DNA from: a virus
Strand: one strand, 5' to 3'
Length of the DNA stretch: 64,000 bases
IMG/VR virus record: IMGVR_UViG_3300017917_003388
Coordinates: 64,001 to 128,000 of that record
The number at the start of each line of letters is the position of its first letter. Position 1 is the first letter of the stretch. The notes beneath the pieces are model-generated. The model was not told the DNA's origin and did no database searches. It was given only the letters and a program-made list of their open reading frames with translations. The position numbers and the translations under genes are program-made. Below, piece by piece: positions 38,387 to 49,309 of this stretch.

Positions 38387-38404
38387 CAAAATTAGAAATT
38401 TATA

Positions 38405-40057
38405 TTATAGAGTATTTAAACCACTAACATAAATTTTTCCATAAAATTCTGGTCTTAACATTTTCTTAGCATAACGAGTCATCAGACCTTTACGTGGAGT
38501 AAATGTATCTGGATCATATACTAAAGGAGTCATGATAAGTGGAACATATGGAGCAAACACAGCACCTGATTCAAGGAATTGTTTTCCACGGAATCCCATT
38601 AATATAACATTTTCAGTCATATATGGATTTTTATAAACTGTGTAACGGTTATTGATAGCTCCTACTTTTTGAACACCCATCGCAAACTCAGCATTTGCAG
38701 CATCCCCATTTGTATTTGCAGCAAATCCAGGAATAGATTCTAATACTGTTGCTACTGTTGGAGAACATACTAAGAAGTTAGCACCACCACGTAAAGTTAA
38801 TTGGTGAATCTTATTAGATACTTTCTGCATTTTAGTACCAAGAGTTTGGAACCATTGTCCTTGTGAATTGTAGAAACCTAAACTAGCTGTGAAATCAGTA
38901 CCACCGGCATTTAATGTAGTATTGTTAACTACTGACCAGTATTCTGTAGCAGCTGCTGCATCTTCAATTAACATGTCAAGAACTTCAAGATCAATTTCCA
39001 TTGAAATATATTCACTCATAATATTTGTCAATTCTTGTTCTGCATCAATATTTTGATATGCATTTAAGTCTTGAGCAAATTCAGGAGTCCATACTGCTTT
39101 TAATTTTTTAGTTTTAGCAGTAATAGCTTGAGATTGCATTTTGATATTAATTTCAGGAATTGAAATTGAAGTAGCACTTGCAGCGTTTGGAACTGAGAAT
39201 GAAGGTGCACTTGTAGCTTCAAAATCACCACGATTATTATCAGCTGTAATTTTATTATATTCTACTAACCATGATCCTGAAGCTGCTACTTCAGCTGATG
39301 ATGCAGTAACATAGAATGTAATAGTTCCAGATGTATAATTGTATGAGTTAAATGCTGATAAGTTATCAGCTACAGCTACTGAACCTGAAGAAATGATGAA
39401 TGCTCTAACACCATCAGGATCAAATGCAGTTAATGATGATGTAGAAACAGTAATTGCTTTTACTTCATTTCTTGCTACAGATGCTGATAGATCTGAATCA
39501 AATCCTAAGTTAGCCCAAGATGCTGATGCGTGTGTACCAGCTACAGATGCTGAGAATTGGTTAGTTGAGTAAGCAAATCTTCCAGGTCCATATAAACCAC
39601 CAGTTGTTCCTGTTGTTTGGTATGGGAATCTTCCACTAGCATCACGAGAACCATATAATGAAGTTCCGCTAGTAAATGGATTTTTAGTATTTCCATATTG
39701 GAAATCTAAGAAGAATACTAGTCCTGAAGGTAAATTCATTGGTTGAACGCTAACAAATTCTTTTGCAGCTATTGAACCAAATACTTTACGTACTAAAGGA
39801 AGAGCGATTCCTGCCCAGTTTTCAGATTGACCTACAGTAAATGTACCTGCGCTAGTTCCAGCACCTGTTGAGTTTGCTTCTATAACTAATTGTTTAGCTT
39901 GGTTTTCAAGAATAAGAGCCATATTATTTCTCTCAACGTCTGAACCTAGCTTTTCAAGTAAACCAGTTTTAGCCCACTTTGTTGCTAATCTAGAGGCATC
40001 ACTCTGAAGTGATTTCCAGGGATTAGCAGATTCTAATAATGATTGAATTGTATCCAT
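38405..40057 (-). CDS. major capsid protein (gp23-like)
   Basis: PLVRKVF, VSVQPMNLPSGLVFFLDF, KLKAVWTPEFAQDL, FAPYVPL, FTPRKGLMTRY. Confidence 0.97.
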   Translation of the reverse strand: MDTIQSLLESANPWKSLQSDASRLATKWAKTGLLEKLGSDVERNNMALILENQAKQLVIEANSTGAGTSAGTFTVGQSENWAGIALPLVRKVFGSIAAKEFVSVQPMNLPSGLVFFLDFQYGNTKNPFTSGTSLYGSRDASGRFPYQTTGTTGGLYGPGRFAYSTNQFSASVAGTHASASWANLGFDSDLSASVARNEVKAITVSTSSLTAFDPDGVRAFIISSGSVAVADNLSAFNSYNYTSGTITFYVTASSAEVAASGSWLVEYNKITADNNRGDFEATSAPSFSVPNAASATSISIPEINIKMQSQAITAKTKKLKAVWTPEFAQDLNAYQNIDAEQELTNIMSEYISMEIDLEVLDMLIEDAAAATEYWSVVNNTTLNAGGTDFTASLGFYNSQGQWFQTLGTKMQKVSNKIHQLTLRGGANFLVCSPTVATVLESIPGFAANTNGDAANAEFAMGVQKVGAINNRYTVYKNPYMTENVILMGFRGKQFLESGAVFAPYVPLIMTPLVYDPDTFTPRKGLMTRYAKKMLRPEFYGKIYVSGLNTL

Positions 40058-40083
40058 GTTTTTAAGTTTGTTTGTTTTTTAAA

Positions 40084-41115
40084 TTATTTTTTTCCAAATG
40101 CTAATTCACGCATACGAGCGAAAGCATCTTCATTAATAATTGTTTTAGTTGAATTTGTATTTGTTATTACTTTTGAAGCTATACCAGTTATAGATTCTTT
40201 AATTTGTGATTTATTAGGTTTTATACTCACGCTTAAAGTCTCATAAATTAATTTAGCTTCATCTTTAGTTTTAGCTTTATCAAATGCTTCTAGCACTTTA
40301 ACTTTTTGAGATTCAGTTAATGAAGTGTTGCGGAAAATTTTATTAGTATAAAGCAATTTAGCATTTAACAAATTAGTATTATTTATTTCCTCATTAAGAG
40401 TTTTAATTAATTCTAATGCTTCTTTTAATTCATCAGATTTATCTTCTTTTTTAGCTTCAGAAAGATCTTCATCTGTTGATTCAGATTCTTCTAATTCTTT
40501 TAAAAGTTCATCTAATGATATTTCTTCATCTAATTCTTCTTCGTCTATATTAACTTCAGACATCATATCTTCATCTTCAATTTCAATATCTTCAGATTCT
40601 TCTTCGTCTTCAGTTTCTTCAGCGTCCATATTAGGTACTTCATCTTCCATTCCTTCATGTCCACCTTCCAATTCACCAGATGCTATCATATCTTTGATTA
40701 CACTTTCAATAAAACCAGTTAAATCTTCACTAGACATATCTTCGATTGAAATTTCTTCTTCATCTTCGTCTTTGTCTTTGTCTTCATCTTTATCTTCTTT
40801 CTTATCTTCATCTTTCGATTTAGCTTCAGAAAGATCTTCATCTGTTGATTCAGATTCTTCTAATTCTTTTAAAAGTTCATCTAATGATATTTCTTCATCT
40901 AATTCCATATCATCTACTTCATTTGTTGAATCTTCATTTACTTTTTCTTTAATTTCATCTTCTTGCTCCATTTCATTTATTTTAGCAGAAAATTTTTCTT
41001 TTAAGAATGGGGTAAATGATTCTTCAAGTGATGCTTTAGCATTTGCAATAGCCATTTCTTTGATAGCTTTCGCATCAGCAATTGCTTCCATAAGCAATTC
41101 TCTATTTTTACTCAT
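40084..41115 (-). CDS. prohead core scaffolding protein (gp22-like)
   Basis: highly acidic with many LxE sites; NLLNAKLLYTNK; between protease and capsid genes. Confidence 0.85.
   Translation of the reverse strand: MSKNRELLMEAIADAKAIKEMAIANAKASLEESFTPFLKEKFSAKINEMEQEDEIKEKVNEDSTNEVDDMELDEEISLDELLKELEESESTDEDLSEAKSKDEDKKEDKDEDKDKDEDEEEISIEDMSSEDLTGFIESVIKDMIASGELEGGHEGMEDEVPNMDAEETEDEEESEDIEIEDEDMMSEVNIDEEELDEEISLDELLKELEESESTDEDLSEAKKEDKSDELKEALELIKTLNEEINNTNLLNAKLLYTNKIFRNTSLTESQKVKVLEAFDKAKTKDEAKLIYETLSVSIKPNKSQIKESITGIASKVITNTNSTKTIINEDAFARMRELAFGKK
40450..40905. repeat. 87-nt perfect direct repeat in the scaffold gene (40450-40536 and 40819-40905)
   Basis: both copies encode ELDEEISLDELLKELEESESTDEDLSEAK with identical DNA. 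Confidence 0.9.
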
Positions 41116-41260
41116 TGTTCCTTAATTTTTTAATTGGAAATACGCTTAATATATAATAGGGAGAAGCGTAATAAATATATTAATTACCTTTGATACCTCA
41201 TATTGATTGGGTATAATCAAATATAAATATATTAAAAACTATTAAAGTCGCATTTAAAAC

Positions 41261-41295
41261 AAAAAAAGGCATTCCTCTTTATAGAGAAATGCCTT
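41261..41295 (-). terminator. intrinsic terminator after the prohead protease gene
   Basis: AAGGCAUUUCUCU...AGAGGAAUGCCUU stem plus U-run. Confidence 0.7.
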
Positions 41296-41332
41296 CTTTA
41301 ATATATAATAATATTTTTAACTATTCTATATT

Positions 41333-41929
41333 CTAAAATATAGGACAAGTACCATTAGAACATAATATTTCAGTAATTATGTTGTTTACACTATGATATG
41401 GATTAATATTTGAATATGATTTATTTTCATTAATAGGCATCATATATGAACCTGGGTTTGATGGATTTGAAACAAAATCAAAACATACTAATTCAAAATC
41501 ATCTTGTACTTCTAAAAGTTCACCCATTTGTTTTAATGAACCTAATCCCCTAGATGACACACCTAGTTTTATTTTATTTTCAATTAATGCTTTCAAAATA
41601 TTTCCAGATGGAGTAGGTAGTATTTCTATAATACCCATTATTTTATCTCCATCCCACCATATTTTAGTTATATTATGAGATACATTTTTGAGATTTATAA
41701 TTTGAGAATCTGGATGGTCTAGTTCACCTATAGCTCTATTTTCGGCTACTAAATCTAAATATTTTTTTATTTCTCTTTCCCATAATTCTCTTTTATAATA
41801 TCGACCATTCCCATTTTTTACTTCACATGTAGCTAGAATACCTTCTACTAAAGGATTCCCACGCATACTTTTATTTTCAGTAATTAAAAATGAAGATGGG
41901 GTAAAAGTTTCTACAAGTAATGATTTCAT
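41333..41929 (-). CDS. prohead protease (gp21-like)
   Basis: NGNGRYY, GELDHP, VSH, GVSSRGLGS, FDFVSNPS. Confidence 0.93.
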   Translation of the reverse strand: MKSLLVETFTPSSFLITENKSMRGNPLVEGILATCEVKNGNGRYYKRELWEREIKKYLDLVAENRAIGELDHPDSQIINLKNVSHNITKIWWDGDKIMGIIEILPTPSGNILKALIENKIKLGVSSRGLGSLKQMGELLEVQDDFELVCFDFVSNPSNPGSYMMPINENKSYSNINPYHSVNNIITEILCSNGTCPIF

Positions 41930-41932
41930 TTT

Positions 41933-43567
41933 TTAATATTTTCCTTTTTCATTAATTACTTCAATTATAACTTCTTGAATTAATTTACGTAATTTATGTT
42001 CTGTTACTAAAGACTCAAAATCTCCAGATAATAATATCCAATATCCAGGTCTATTTTTAGATGGTTTTATATTTAAATTAACAAAATGCATCTTAACATT
42101 TGGGTCTAATTTAGGATTAATTTCTTTTTTTATTTTTCCTCTAATTAATGATGATAATTTATCAGATAATACATCAGCTAATGGGGTTTGTTTTCTTAAT
42201 TTATCTCTAGTTGTTCTTCCTCTACCTAGTTCATCTAATGCATTTTTAACATAATCTGAAACATACATATATATTTGATCTGGGTTTTTGGATATTAATT
42301 TAATACTATTTGGTTGTACTTTATTTATAGCATCTATATTATCCTTATCTAAAAATAATGCTCTTGGTGGTTTACGTTCACCATCTCCTTTAACTGTTTT
42401 ACCTATAGATACTGGAGTTTGGTATATTGCTTCATCTAATCCAGTTTCTAGGGTTTTAATTTTGGCTTCAATTTCAGCTTTACGTTCAGGATCAGTTTCA
42501 GACATTAATTCGTCTTGAAGATCTTCAAGTTGTTGATATAAGTTTTCATTTTCATCTAATGCTTCTTTAATGATATTATGAATTAAAGAGCGAAGTTTTT
42601 GTTCATCTTTATTTTCTAAAATATTGGTATTTTCTTGTAGTCCAGTTATATTAAATAAACTCATTCGAACGGATGGTCCTTTTCTATCTCCATCAATAAC
42701 CGAATATAATACTTTCCCATCATAATAATATAAATCATTTTGATCTTCAGTATTTTTGTAAAGAGCTAGCCCTTTTTTATCTTTTTTATCAACTAGTTTT
42801 AATGATAATTTTCTTTTTTCTTTATTTTCTTGCAATTTCATTTTCTTTTCTGCTCCGGGCATAGGCATTCTTTTAACACCAGAGGCACCTTTTGGGGTTA
42901 CTTCCATTTCTTTTACTTTTGAAGGATTTGTTGTTTTAGCTTCTTTATCGCTTAATGAATCTTGAACATTAGATTTTACTTTTTCAATTTTAATATCAGC
43001 ATCTAAATCACCATAACCTGATGATTTATATTTACCTTTTGGTTCTTTAGATTTACCTAAACCAGGAGCTTCATCAGTATACCCAACACCTTTTTCACCA
43101 AACATTCCATCTTTAGTATAAAATAAAGGATCTTTAGCTAAGTTTTTAACAACCATAGCTTTAATTTCATCACCTGTTTTATCAGTATTTTTTCCATCTT
43201 TTAACTCAGCATAAAAACCTTTCATAATTTCGTTAAAGTTAACATTATCAGCGTTTTTCATGTCTGTGTTATCGTAGGCATGCGCTTGTTTATCTTTAAC
43301 TTCTTTAGATGTTTCTTTTTCTTCTGCTTTAACTTCTTCAGCTAGGATTTTTTTCCAATCATAAATGTCAAATCCTTTAGAAACAACACCACCTGTTACC
43401 TCACTAATAATTTGTTTAGATTTTAACACAGATATTGCTGTATCGAAATTTGTGTATTGATTAAAATATTCAGGAAACAACGATCTGGCTTGTTTTAGAA
43501 ATTGAGGTTTTAACTCATCATTTCCTGATTTTATATTATTATATTGTTCTTGAAGTGTATTTTTCAT
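41933..43567 (-). CDS. putative internal head protein
   Basis: head-module position; many LxE sites; two KLRxLIxxxIxE helices. Confidence 0.55.
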   Translation of the reverse strand: MKNTLQEQYNNIKSGNDELKPQFLKQARSLFPEYFNQYTNFDTAISVLKSKQIISEVTGGVVSKGFDIYDWKKILAEEVKAEEKETSKEVKDKQAHAYDNTDMKNADNVNFNEIMKGFYAELKDGKNTDKTGDEIKAMVVKNLAKDPLFYTKDGMFGEKGVGYTDEAPGLGKSKEPKGKYKSSGYGDLDADIKIEKVKSNVQDSLSDKEAKTTNPSKVKEMEVTPKGASGVKRMPMPGAEKKMKLQENKEKRKLSLKLVDKKDKKGLALYKNTEDQNDLYYYDGKVLYSVIDGDRKGPSVRMSLFNITGLQENTNILENKDEQKLRSLIHNIIKEALDENENLYQQLEDLQDELMSETDPERKAEIEAKIKTLETGLDEAIYQTPVSIGKTVKGDGERKPPRALFLDKDNIDAINKVQPNSIKLISKNPDQIYMYVSDYVKNALDELGRGRTTRDKLRKQTPLADVLSDKLSSLIRGKIKKEINPKLDPNVKMHFVNLNIKPSKNRPGYWILLSGDFESLVTEHKLRKLIQEVIIEVINEKGKY

Positions 43568-44238
43568 TTTTTATTGAATAGAGTTATTAAATCATCTATA
43601 TAGTCAGATGCCAAATCTGTACTGTATTGTATTTTAAAATCTGGATTATTTTTGTAATAATCCATAGTTTCGGTTTTGGCTTTTTTTAATAAAGGTATTA
43701 ATATATTTAGTTTATCTTCTATTTTATCAAAATCTGTGATTTTATCTTCAATAAATTGTTTCAATTGTGGATCACCAATATTGATTGAATTTAAATATGA
43801 ATCTGATGATTCATCTTCATATATATGTTTATATTTAGTTGATAATGGGGTATCATATTGTTCACCACTCCCTGGTGTAAAACTCCCACCATTTCCTGTT
43901 GAACTTAACTCATTTAATTTATTAAAAATTAGTTCTTTTATTAAAATTTCCTTTAATGCTAATTGTGCTAATTTATATTCTTTAGGATAATTGTTTCTAA
44001 GATGTGATCTAAATTGATTATAGACATAATTAAATCCTGAATTTATTTCTTTGAATTTTGGATCTTTTTTAACATCATCAAATGTCATAAATTCTTTAAA
44101 TTCTTTACCTAATAAATTAAATTGTTGTAATAATTTGTTATAATTGGCCTTATATGTAATATCCCATGAAACTGTTCCTGTTTCTGGATTAGTTTCTCTT
44201 TCAGTCTTACTAAATCCGCTTGGTTGATTATTTTCCAT
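43564..44238 (-). CDS. hypothetical head-module protein
   Basis: intact ORF between portal and protease; LNE followed by a Gly-rich segment ending in Y.TP. Confidence 0.55.
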   Translation of the reverse strand: MENNQPSGFSKTERETNPETGTVSWDITYKANYNKLLQQFNLLGKEFKEFMTFDDVKKDPKFKEINSGFNYVYNQFRSHLRNNYPKEYKLAQLALKEILIKELIFNKLNELSSTGNGGSFTPGSGEQYDTPLSTKYKHIYEDESSDSYLNSINIGDPQLKQFIEDKITDFDKIEDKLNILIPLLKKAKTETMDYYKNNPDFKIQYSTDLASDYIDDLITLFNKK

Positions 44239-45094
44239 TGGTTTTTTTAAGTTCAGAAATTAAATCACAATATTGAAGTAAATTAACCATATGTTCGTTA
44301 GTTACTTTATCTTGTTTATTTAAAGGAATTAATAATTTTGATATCTCATCTATTTTAATCTTAGTTGTAATATCATTTGTATTTTCATTTAAATTCAAAA
44401 TATTAGTTTTTATTTCATCTATTTTAGTATTATAAAAATTTTTTAACTTAGGAGTATTATCTATACTATATATAAACTCTTGTAATATCTGTTTTTGATC
44501 ATCCCCAAAATTTGAATATTTTTTATTAAATTTTTCTAATATAAGTTTATAAGATAATATTCTTATATCTTTATCATAATTTATAAATTCATCTATTATA
44601 GAATTGTTTTTATTCTCTTCTAATAATGATTTTGAAGATGAAGTTAAATGTTCTAAAATAGATATTTTATTATTAATAATTTGTTCTAATGATAAATCAT
44701 TACCTTTAAATGTAGATTCTATCAATGTGTATATAGAAGCTTGAATCTTATAATTAGGTAATTTAGTTTTAAAAAATACATCTAAATCATAATGTTCTTT
44801 TATTTCTTTAATTAAATTATATTTTTGTCTTTTTAAAACTGAGCGATTTAAGTTTTTAGCATTTTCTAAAACTGTACTAATTATGATCTCAGCTTTACCT
44901 TCAGTTAAATTAGTATGTTTTAATAAACTATCGTATAACTTATATTCGCGACCTAACTCTGTTTTACCAAAATATTTTTTTAAAATATCAACAGCTTCGG
45001 AATTTTTCCCAGATAAAGTATCAGTAGTTATTTGTCTAACTAATAATTCAAATAAGATACCTGTATTTTTTAGTTTAGAATGTTTTATTAACAT
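44228..45094 (-). CDS. conserved-looking hypothetical head-module protein
   Basis: IKHSKLKNTGILFELLVRQIT; own ATATTTATA motif; follows the portal gene. Confidence 0.6.
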   Translation of the reverse strand: MLIKHSKLKNTGILFELLVRQITTDTLSGKNSEAVDILKKYFGKTELGREYKLYDSLLKHTNLTEGKAEIIISTVLENAKNLNRSVLKRQKYNLIKEIKEHYDLDVFFKTKLPNYKIQASIYTLIESTFKGNDLSLEQIINNKISILEHLTSSSKSLLEENKNNSIIDEFINYDKDIRILSYKLILEKFNKKYSNFGDDQKQILQEFIYSIDNTPKLKNFYNTKIDEIKTNILNLNENTNDITTKIKIDEISKLLIPLNKQDKVTNEHMVNLLQYCDLISELKKTNGK

Positions 45095-45131
45095 TTAATT
45101 TATTTTTTAATTATAAATATATTAAAAATTA

Positions 45132-46988
45132 TTAATTTCGCAATTGAGATTCATCTAATAATGATTCTTTAGATTTATCAATATCAAATACCAATTTTTT
45201 TTTAATTTCATTGATGAAATCTTTATTTTTTAAATAAGTATTTTCAGATATGCTAACCATATTTGGTTGATCATCTATCTTCATAGATTTCACACCCAAT
45301 CTATCTTTTCCAAATGCATTATCTTGCTTATTTATGTTGGTTACTTTCTCTATTGGTCTTCCTAATTCTATACCATCTTCATATCCTACAGGTATATTAT
45401 TAGGATTAGACATTAATCTTCCCTTACCATATAGTGCTGCTAAATCATGTGGAGTACCATATGATTTTCCTGTTTCTAAAGGATCATTTCCTTCTTCTGT
45501 AACTTGAGCTAATCTGAATTTACGTTTTGCATCTTGAAGTATTAGATCTCTATATTCATCGAATTGATCTTCACTAAAATGAAATATATGATGATATATC
45601 CAATCAGTTGGTAATAATTGAGATTCTATAATTGATTTGGCTAAGTCTACTTTTTCTTTCATTAAAGCAACACGTTCTTGATCATATATGATAGATGGAG
45701 TTGTTAATGATAAATCAAAATTAGTTAATGTTTCTCCTCTATATCCCTGAGAATATAAATGTACTAATGCTATTTTATATAATTCTGAAAGAACTATTCT
45801 TTGTATGCGATCTATAGTACGAGCAAATCTAATATCTTCAGCAGCCAGTGTTGCTTTTCCTGTTAAGTCTTTTTCATAACCCATAAATGCTTTGGGTACT
45901 TTAAGAGCTGCAAATAATTTTTCTCTTAAATATATTACATCTTCTATTCCATTATATTCTAATCCTTTAGTAGTATCAATTCTTGTAGTTGAATCATTTC
46001 CTCTAACTGGAATATAGAAGTCTTCTAACATGTTTTGCATGTTGTATTTTAAATTATATTCTCCTGTTCTTTCATCTCTAAATGGAGTTTTCTTCATCGT
46101 AGAAATTGTTTTTTGCATGAATGCTTCAACTTCATTAGGAGCAATATTACCTACATTTATATAAAAAATTCGTTTTTCAGGAGCACGTGATATTCTATGT
46201 AATAACATAGCATCTTCCATTAATACATATTGTTTATATAATTTACGAGCTGGTTCTATATATGAACGCCCATATGGTAAATAATTAACATCAGTTAATA
46301 ATCTAAAATGAGCCATCTCATAATTTTCAAAATATATTCCTATAGAATCAGAATTTAAAGTATTAGATACAGGATACATCCCTCCAGATGATGAATTACC
46401 ATCAGGTGAGTACATGAATCTTACAGATGATGGGTTATCTTTATCATATCCTTCTTGACGATATATATGATATGCTGTATATGGTAATACATTATATACT
46501 CCTAATTTATCTGCTATTTCTAGTTTAAGGAAAAAATCACCATATTTATTCATTTGTCTAATCCATGACCATAAATTAAATTCAATATTTAATACATCAT
46601 AGAATAAATTATATAATATCTTTTGTATATCTTCATCTGAAGAACGAATTTGGAGTACTTCACCCATTTCATTTTTCAATGTACATTCATCTGATATAAT
46701 ATCTAAAGCTGAAGCAATTATTGCATCAGTATCCATCATATCATAATCTGAATATAAGAATGGTCTTAAATATTGGTAATTTATATTAAGTTGTTGACCC
46801 CATAATGAAGTAGCATTAGAATAAACTCCATTATATTTATTCATTATTGAGTTAGTTTCTAATCCACTTTGTTGTATAGTATTTATATCTATAATTTTAA
46901 TTTGGTTACCATTTTCATTTCTGATCATAATATCAGTAGAAAATAACCTTCTTAGTCTACCAAATAAATTATTATTTTCATTTGCCAT
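45132..46988 (-). CDS. portal protein (gp20-like)
   Basis: ALDIISDE, LMEDAMLLHRISRAPEKRIFYI.VGN, EDFYIPVRG, ALKVPK, EDIRFARTI. Confidence 0.95.
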   Translation of the reverse strand: MANENNNLFGRLRRLFSTDIMIRNENGNQIKIIDINTIQQSGLETNSIMNKYNGVYSNATSLWGQQLNINYQYLRPFLYSDYDMMDTDAIIASALDIISDECTLKNEMGEVLQIRSSDEDIQKILYNLFYDVLNIEFNLWSWIRQMNKYGDFFLKLEIADKLGVYNVLPYTAYHIYRQEGYDKDNPSSVRFMYSPDGNSSSGGMYPVSNTLNSDSIGIYFENYEMAHFRLLTDVNYLPYGRSYIEPARKLYKQYVLMEDAMLLHRISRAPEKRIFYINVGNIAPNEVEAFMQKTISTMKKTPFRDERTGEYNLKYNMQNMLEDFYIPVRGNDSTTRIDTTKGLEYNGIEDVIYLREKLFAALKVPKAFMGYEKDLTGKATLAAEDIRFARTIDRIQRIVLSELYKIALVHLYSQGYRGETLTNFDLSLTTPSIIYDQERVALMKEKVDLAKSIIESQLLPTDWIYHHIFHFSEDQFDEYRDLILQDAKRKFRLAQVTEEGNDPLETGKSYGTPHDLAALYGKGRLMSNPNNIPVGYEDGIELGRPIEKVTNINKQDNAFGKDRLGVKSMKIDDQPNMVSISENTYLKNKDFINEIKKKLVFDIDKSKESLLDESQLRN

Positions 46989-47009
46989 ATTTTTTATTTT
47001 TATATATTT

Positions 47010-48593
47010 TTAAAATAACCAACGAATATCTTCACTTTCTCCATTTTGGGTTTTTATACTATACGGATTTACATTATATCCAGAATAATAAGCCCCCAAA
47101 TGTTGAGTATTTTGAGAATACGGATTACGCATTATATTATTAAGTGCCATTCTTGACATTTCTAAATTTTGAGCTTTATTTTTCAATGATGTATCTCTTA
47201 AATACATTGCTATACTATAAGCCATCACTAAGTCATCATTATAACCAGATTGTGCTTCAGCTCTACCATTTTTCCATATAAACACTTTCATCTCTTCTAA
47301 TAATCGTTTAGAACGAATTATAACACTTCTTTCTCCTATATATTCTATTCCTTTATTTACAACCAAAGGTCTAGTTTTTAAAGATGTATTAAACCCAGGT
47401 ATTGTATCTGAATATTCATTATATCTGTGAAGATATGAATCAAGGATTATGTTCTCACCTTTAGATGAAAAAAATAAATTTCTATATCCTCTTTCTAATA
47501 TAGCATCTAAAGTAGACCACCCAACATTTGAATTTTCAACTACTAATAAAGCTTCATTATATTCAGTTGCAATACCACATAAGAAATACCCGTAATCTTT
47601 TGGGGGAAGTTGACCTTTATATTCTGCTACTTGGGCATTAGTTTCAATATCAAAAATATGAAATGCAGAATAATCTTTTCCATCTCCTCTAGCTACGTCT
47701 GCTACTAAAATATAACTACGAGTGTAATCTGGGGGTTCCCATATCCATAAATTACCATCTAATCCTCTTCGTTCTATAGGATCACTAACATATGTAGTTT
47801 TATAATAATTCAAATATTCTTCATAGTAAACTACATCCCCGGATGTATTAAAGTCACAATCACATTCTTGGGCTGCTAATCTAGGATCACCTAATAATTC
47901 ATCTTGTCGTTTTCTCCAATTTTCATCTCGTTCGGGATGAACATACCATGGTAGTTTAATTGGTAAAAAATCATTAGTATTTTCTTCAGCTTTAACCCAT
48001 GTTTGATGAAACCAATTTCCGGTACCATATGGAGTAGATAATACTATAGCTCCTCCTCCTGTAGCCAATGTTTGTTGAGCTGATGCCCATATTTTATCTA
48101 TATCTTCAATAAATGCCGCTTCATCAATTAATAATAAAGATACAGCTTCAGATCGTCCAGCATCACTAGCTGCTGATACTGCTTTTATTTGAGAACCATT
48201 TGTTAATCTAATTGTTAATTTATTATTTTCTTCAGCAGCTACTTTCAACCAGGAAGGTAAATTTTCATACATAAACTTTACCTTAGTAACCATATTTTTA
48301 GCAGTATCCTGTTTAGTAGCAATACATAATATGTTTTTATCTTTATGAAATGTCATTAACCATAAAGAATATCCCGCAGCTAAAGTAGATATACCTAACT
48401 GACGGGATTTTAGTACTATAGAATATGGATTATCTTTCCATAAATTAAGTACTTTAGATTGAAATGGGTATAAATTAAATATTACACGACCTCTTTGAGG
48501 ATGTTGAATATTACAATATTTTCTCATAAAATGTGCAGGATCTTTAGCACATTTTATATACTCTTCTTTTATAATTTGTTTTATATCATACAT
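47010..48593 (-). CDS. terminase large subunit (gp17-like)
   Basis: LKSRQLGIST, LLIDEAAF, STPYG, ADVARGDGKDYS, NDDLVMA. Confidence 0.95.
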   Translation of the reverse strand: MYDIKQIIKEEYIKCAKDPAHFMRKYCNIQHPQRGRVIFNLYPFQSKVLNLWKDNPYSIVLKSRQLGISTLAAGYSLWLMTFHKDKNILCIATKQDTAKNMVTKVKFMYENLPSWLKVAAEENNKLTIRLTNGSQIKAVSAASDAGRSEAVSLLLIDEAAFIEDIDKIWASAQQTLATGGGAIVLSTPYGTGNWFHQTWVKAEENTNDFLPIKLPWYVHPERDENWRKRQDELLGDPRLAAQECDCDFNTSGDVVYYEEYLNYYKTTYVSDPIERRGLDGNLWIWEPPDYTRSYILVADVARGDGKDYSAFHIFDIETNAQVAEYKGQLPPKDYGYFLCGIATEYNEALLVVENSNVGWSTLDAILERGYRNLFFSSKGENIILDSYLHRYNEYSDTIPGFNTSLKTRPLVVNKGIEYIGERSVIIRSKRLLEEMKVFIWKNGRAEAQSGYNDDLVMAYSIAMYLRDTSLKNKAQNLEMSRMALNNIMRNPYSQNTQHLGAYYSGYNVNPYSIKTQNGESEDIRWLF

Positions 48594-48611
48594 AAAATAA
48601 CATTTTGTAAT

Positions 48612-49022
48612 TTATAATACGGTAATATATATACTATAAATTACAGATGTTACTCCCAAAATACTAACTAATGTTGTTTTAATCTTTTGTTTTTTGATTT
48701 CTTCTTTATAATTTTTTATTTCTTTATTTTTTACATCAACAATATCTGTTAATATTTTTTCACTTTGTTTTTGTAATGAAATTATATCATTTTGATCATT
48801 AATTATAATATTATTTTCATCAATTATGTTATTTAATGTAGATACAGAATCACGAATGATTTGCATTTGATTTTGCAAATATTCGTGATCAGCTTTTAAT
48901 AAAAGAGCATTACGTAGAGTATAACATGGTACACTACATAAACTATCTTGTGTTGAAAGTTTCTGTGAATTTAAGTGTAAGTTCCCTATTAGAAATAGAG
49001 TTAATAGTATTAATTTTTTCAT
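48612..49022 (-). CDS. signal-peptide/coiled-coil protein with C-terminal TM, possible spanin component
   Basis: N-terminal signal, heptad core, hydrophobic C-terminus; overlaps the upstream gene by 80 nt. Confidence 0.45.
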   Translation of the reverse strand: MKKLILLTLFLIGNLHLNSQKLSTQDSLCSVPCYTLRNALLLKADHEYLQNQMQIIRDSVSTLNNIIDENNIIINDQNDIISLQKQSEKILTDIVDVKNKEIKNYKEEIKKQKIKTTLVSILGVTSVIYSIYITVL

Positions 49023-49305
49023 TGTATTTATTTTTATTATATTTAGATACTAAATATAAACTATCTAATTCATTTCTATATCTCATAACTGCAATTTTAG
49101 ATGAATCTATTCTTAATGTTAATCTATTTATAATTAATTCATTATTGATTAAATTTTTAACTAAACGGTCATTTTTATCATCTAATAATTCTATTTCATT
49201 ACTATATTTAGAATAATTGATTTGAGAGATAGTAATATTATATATCAATGCTCCTAATAAAATTAATATTAAGCTAATATATAATTTATTCTTATTTAAT
49301 TTCAT
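48943..49305 (-). CDS. i-spanin-like membrane coiled-coil protein
   Basis: N-terminal TM (YISLILILLGALIY) followed by coiled coil. Confidence 0.45.
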   Translation of the reverse strand: MKLNKNKLYISLILILLGALIYNITISQINYSKYSNEIELLDDKNDRLVKNLINNELIINRLTLRIDSSKIAVMRYRNELDSLYLVSKYNKNKYNEKINTINSISNRELTLKFTETFNTR

Positions 49306-49309
49306 ATTT

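Noticed and set aside
6670-48593. Introns or inteins in nrdA, nrdB, helicase, polymerase, capsid or terminase genes
   Set aside because: All are continuous, of normal or short length, with no intein C...HN motifs; the HEGs are free-standing
48555-48593. Terminase N-terminus (MYDIKQIIKEEY) resembling the N-terminal tag
   Set aside because: Probably the ordinary first helix of gp17-like terminases; shows the tag motif has a false-positive background
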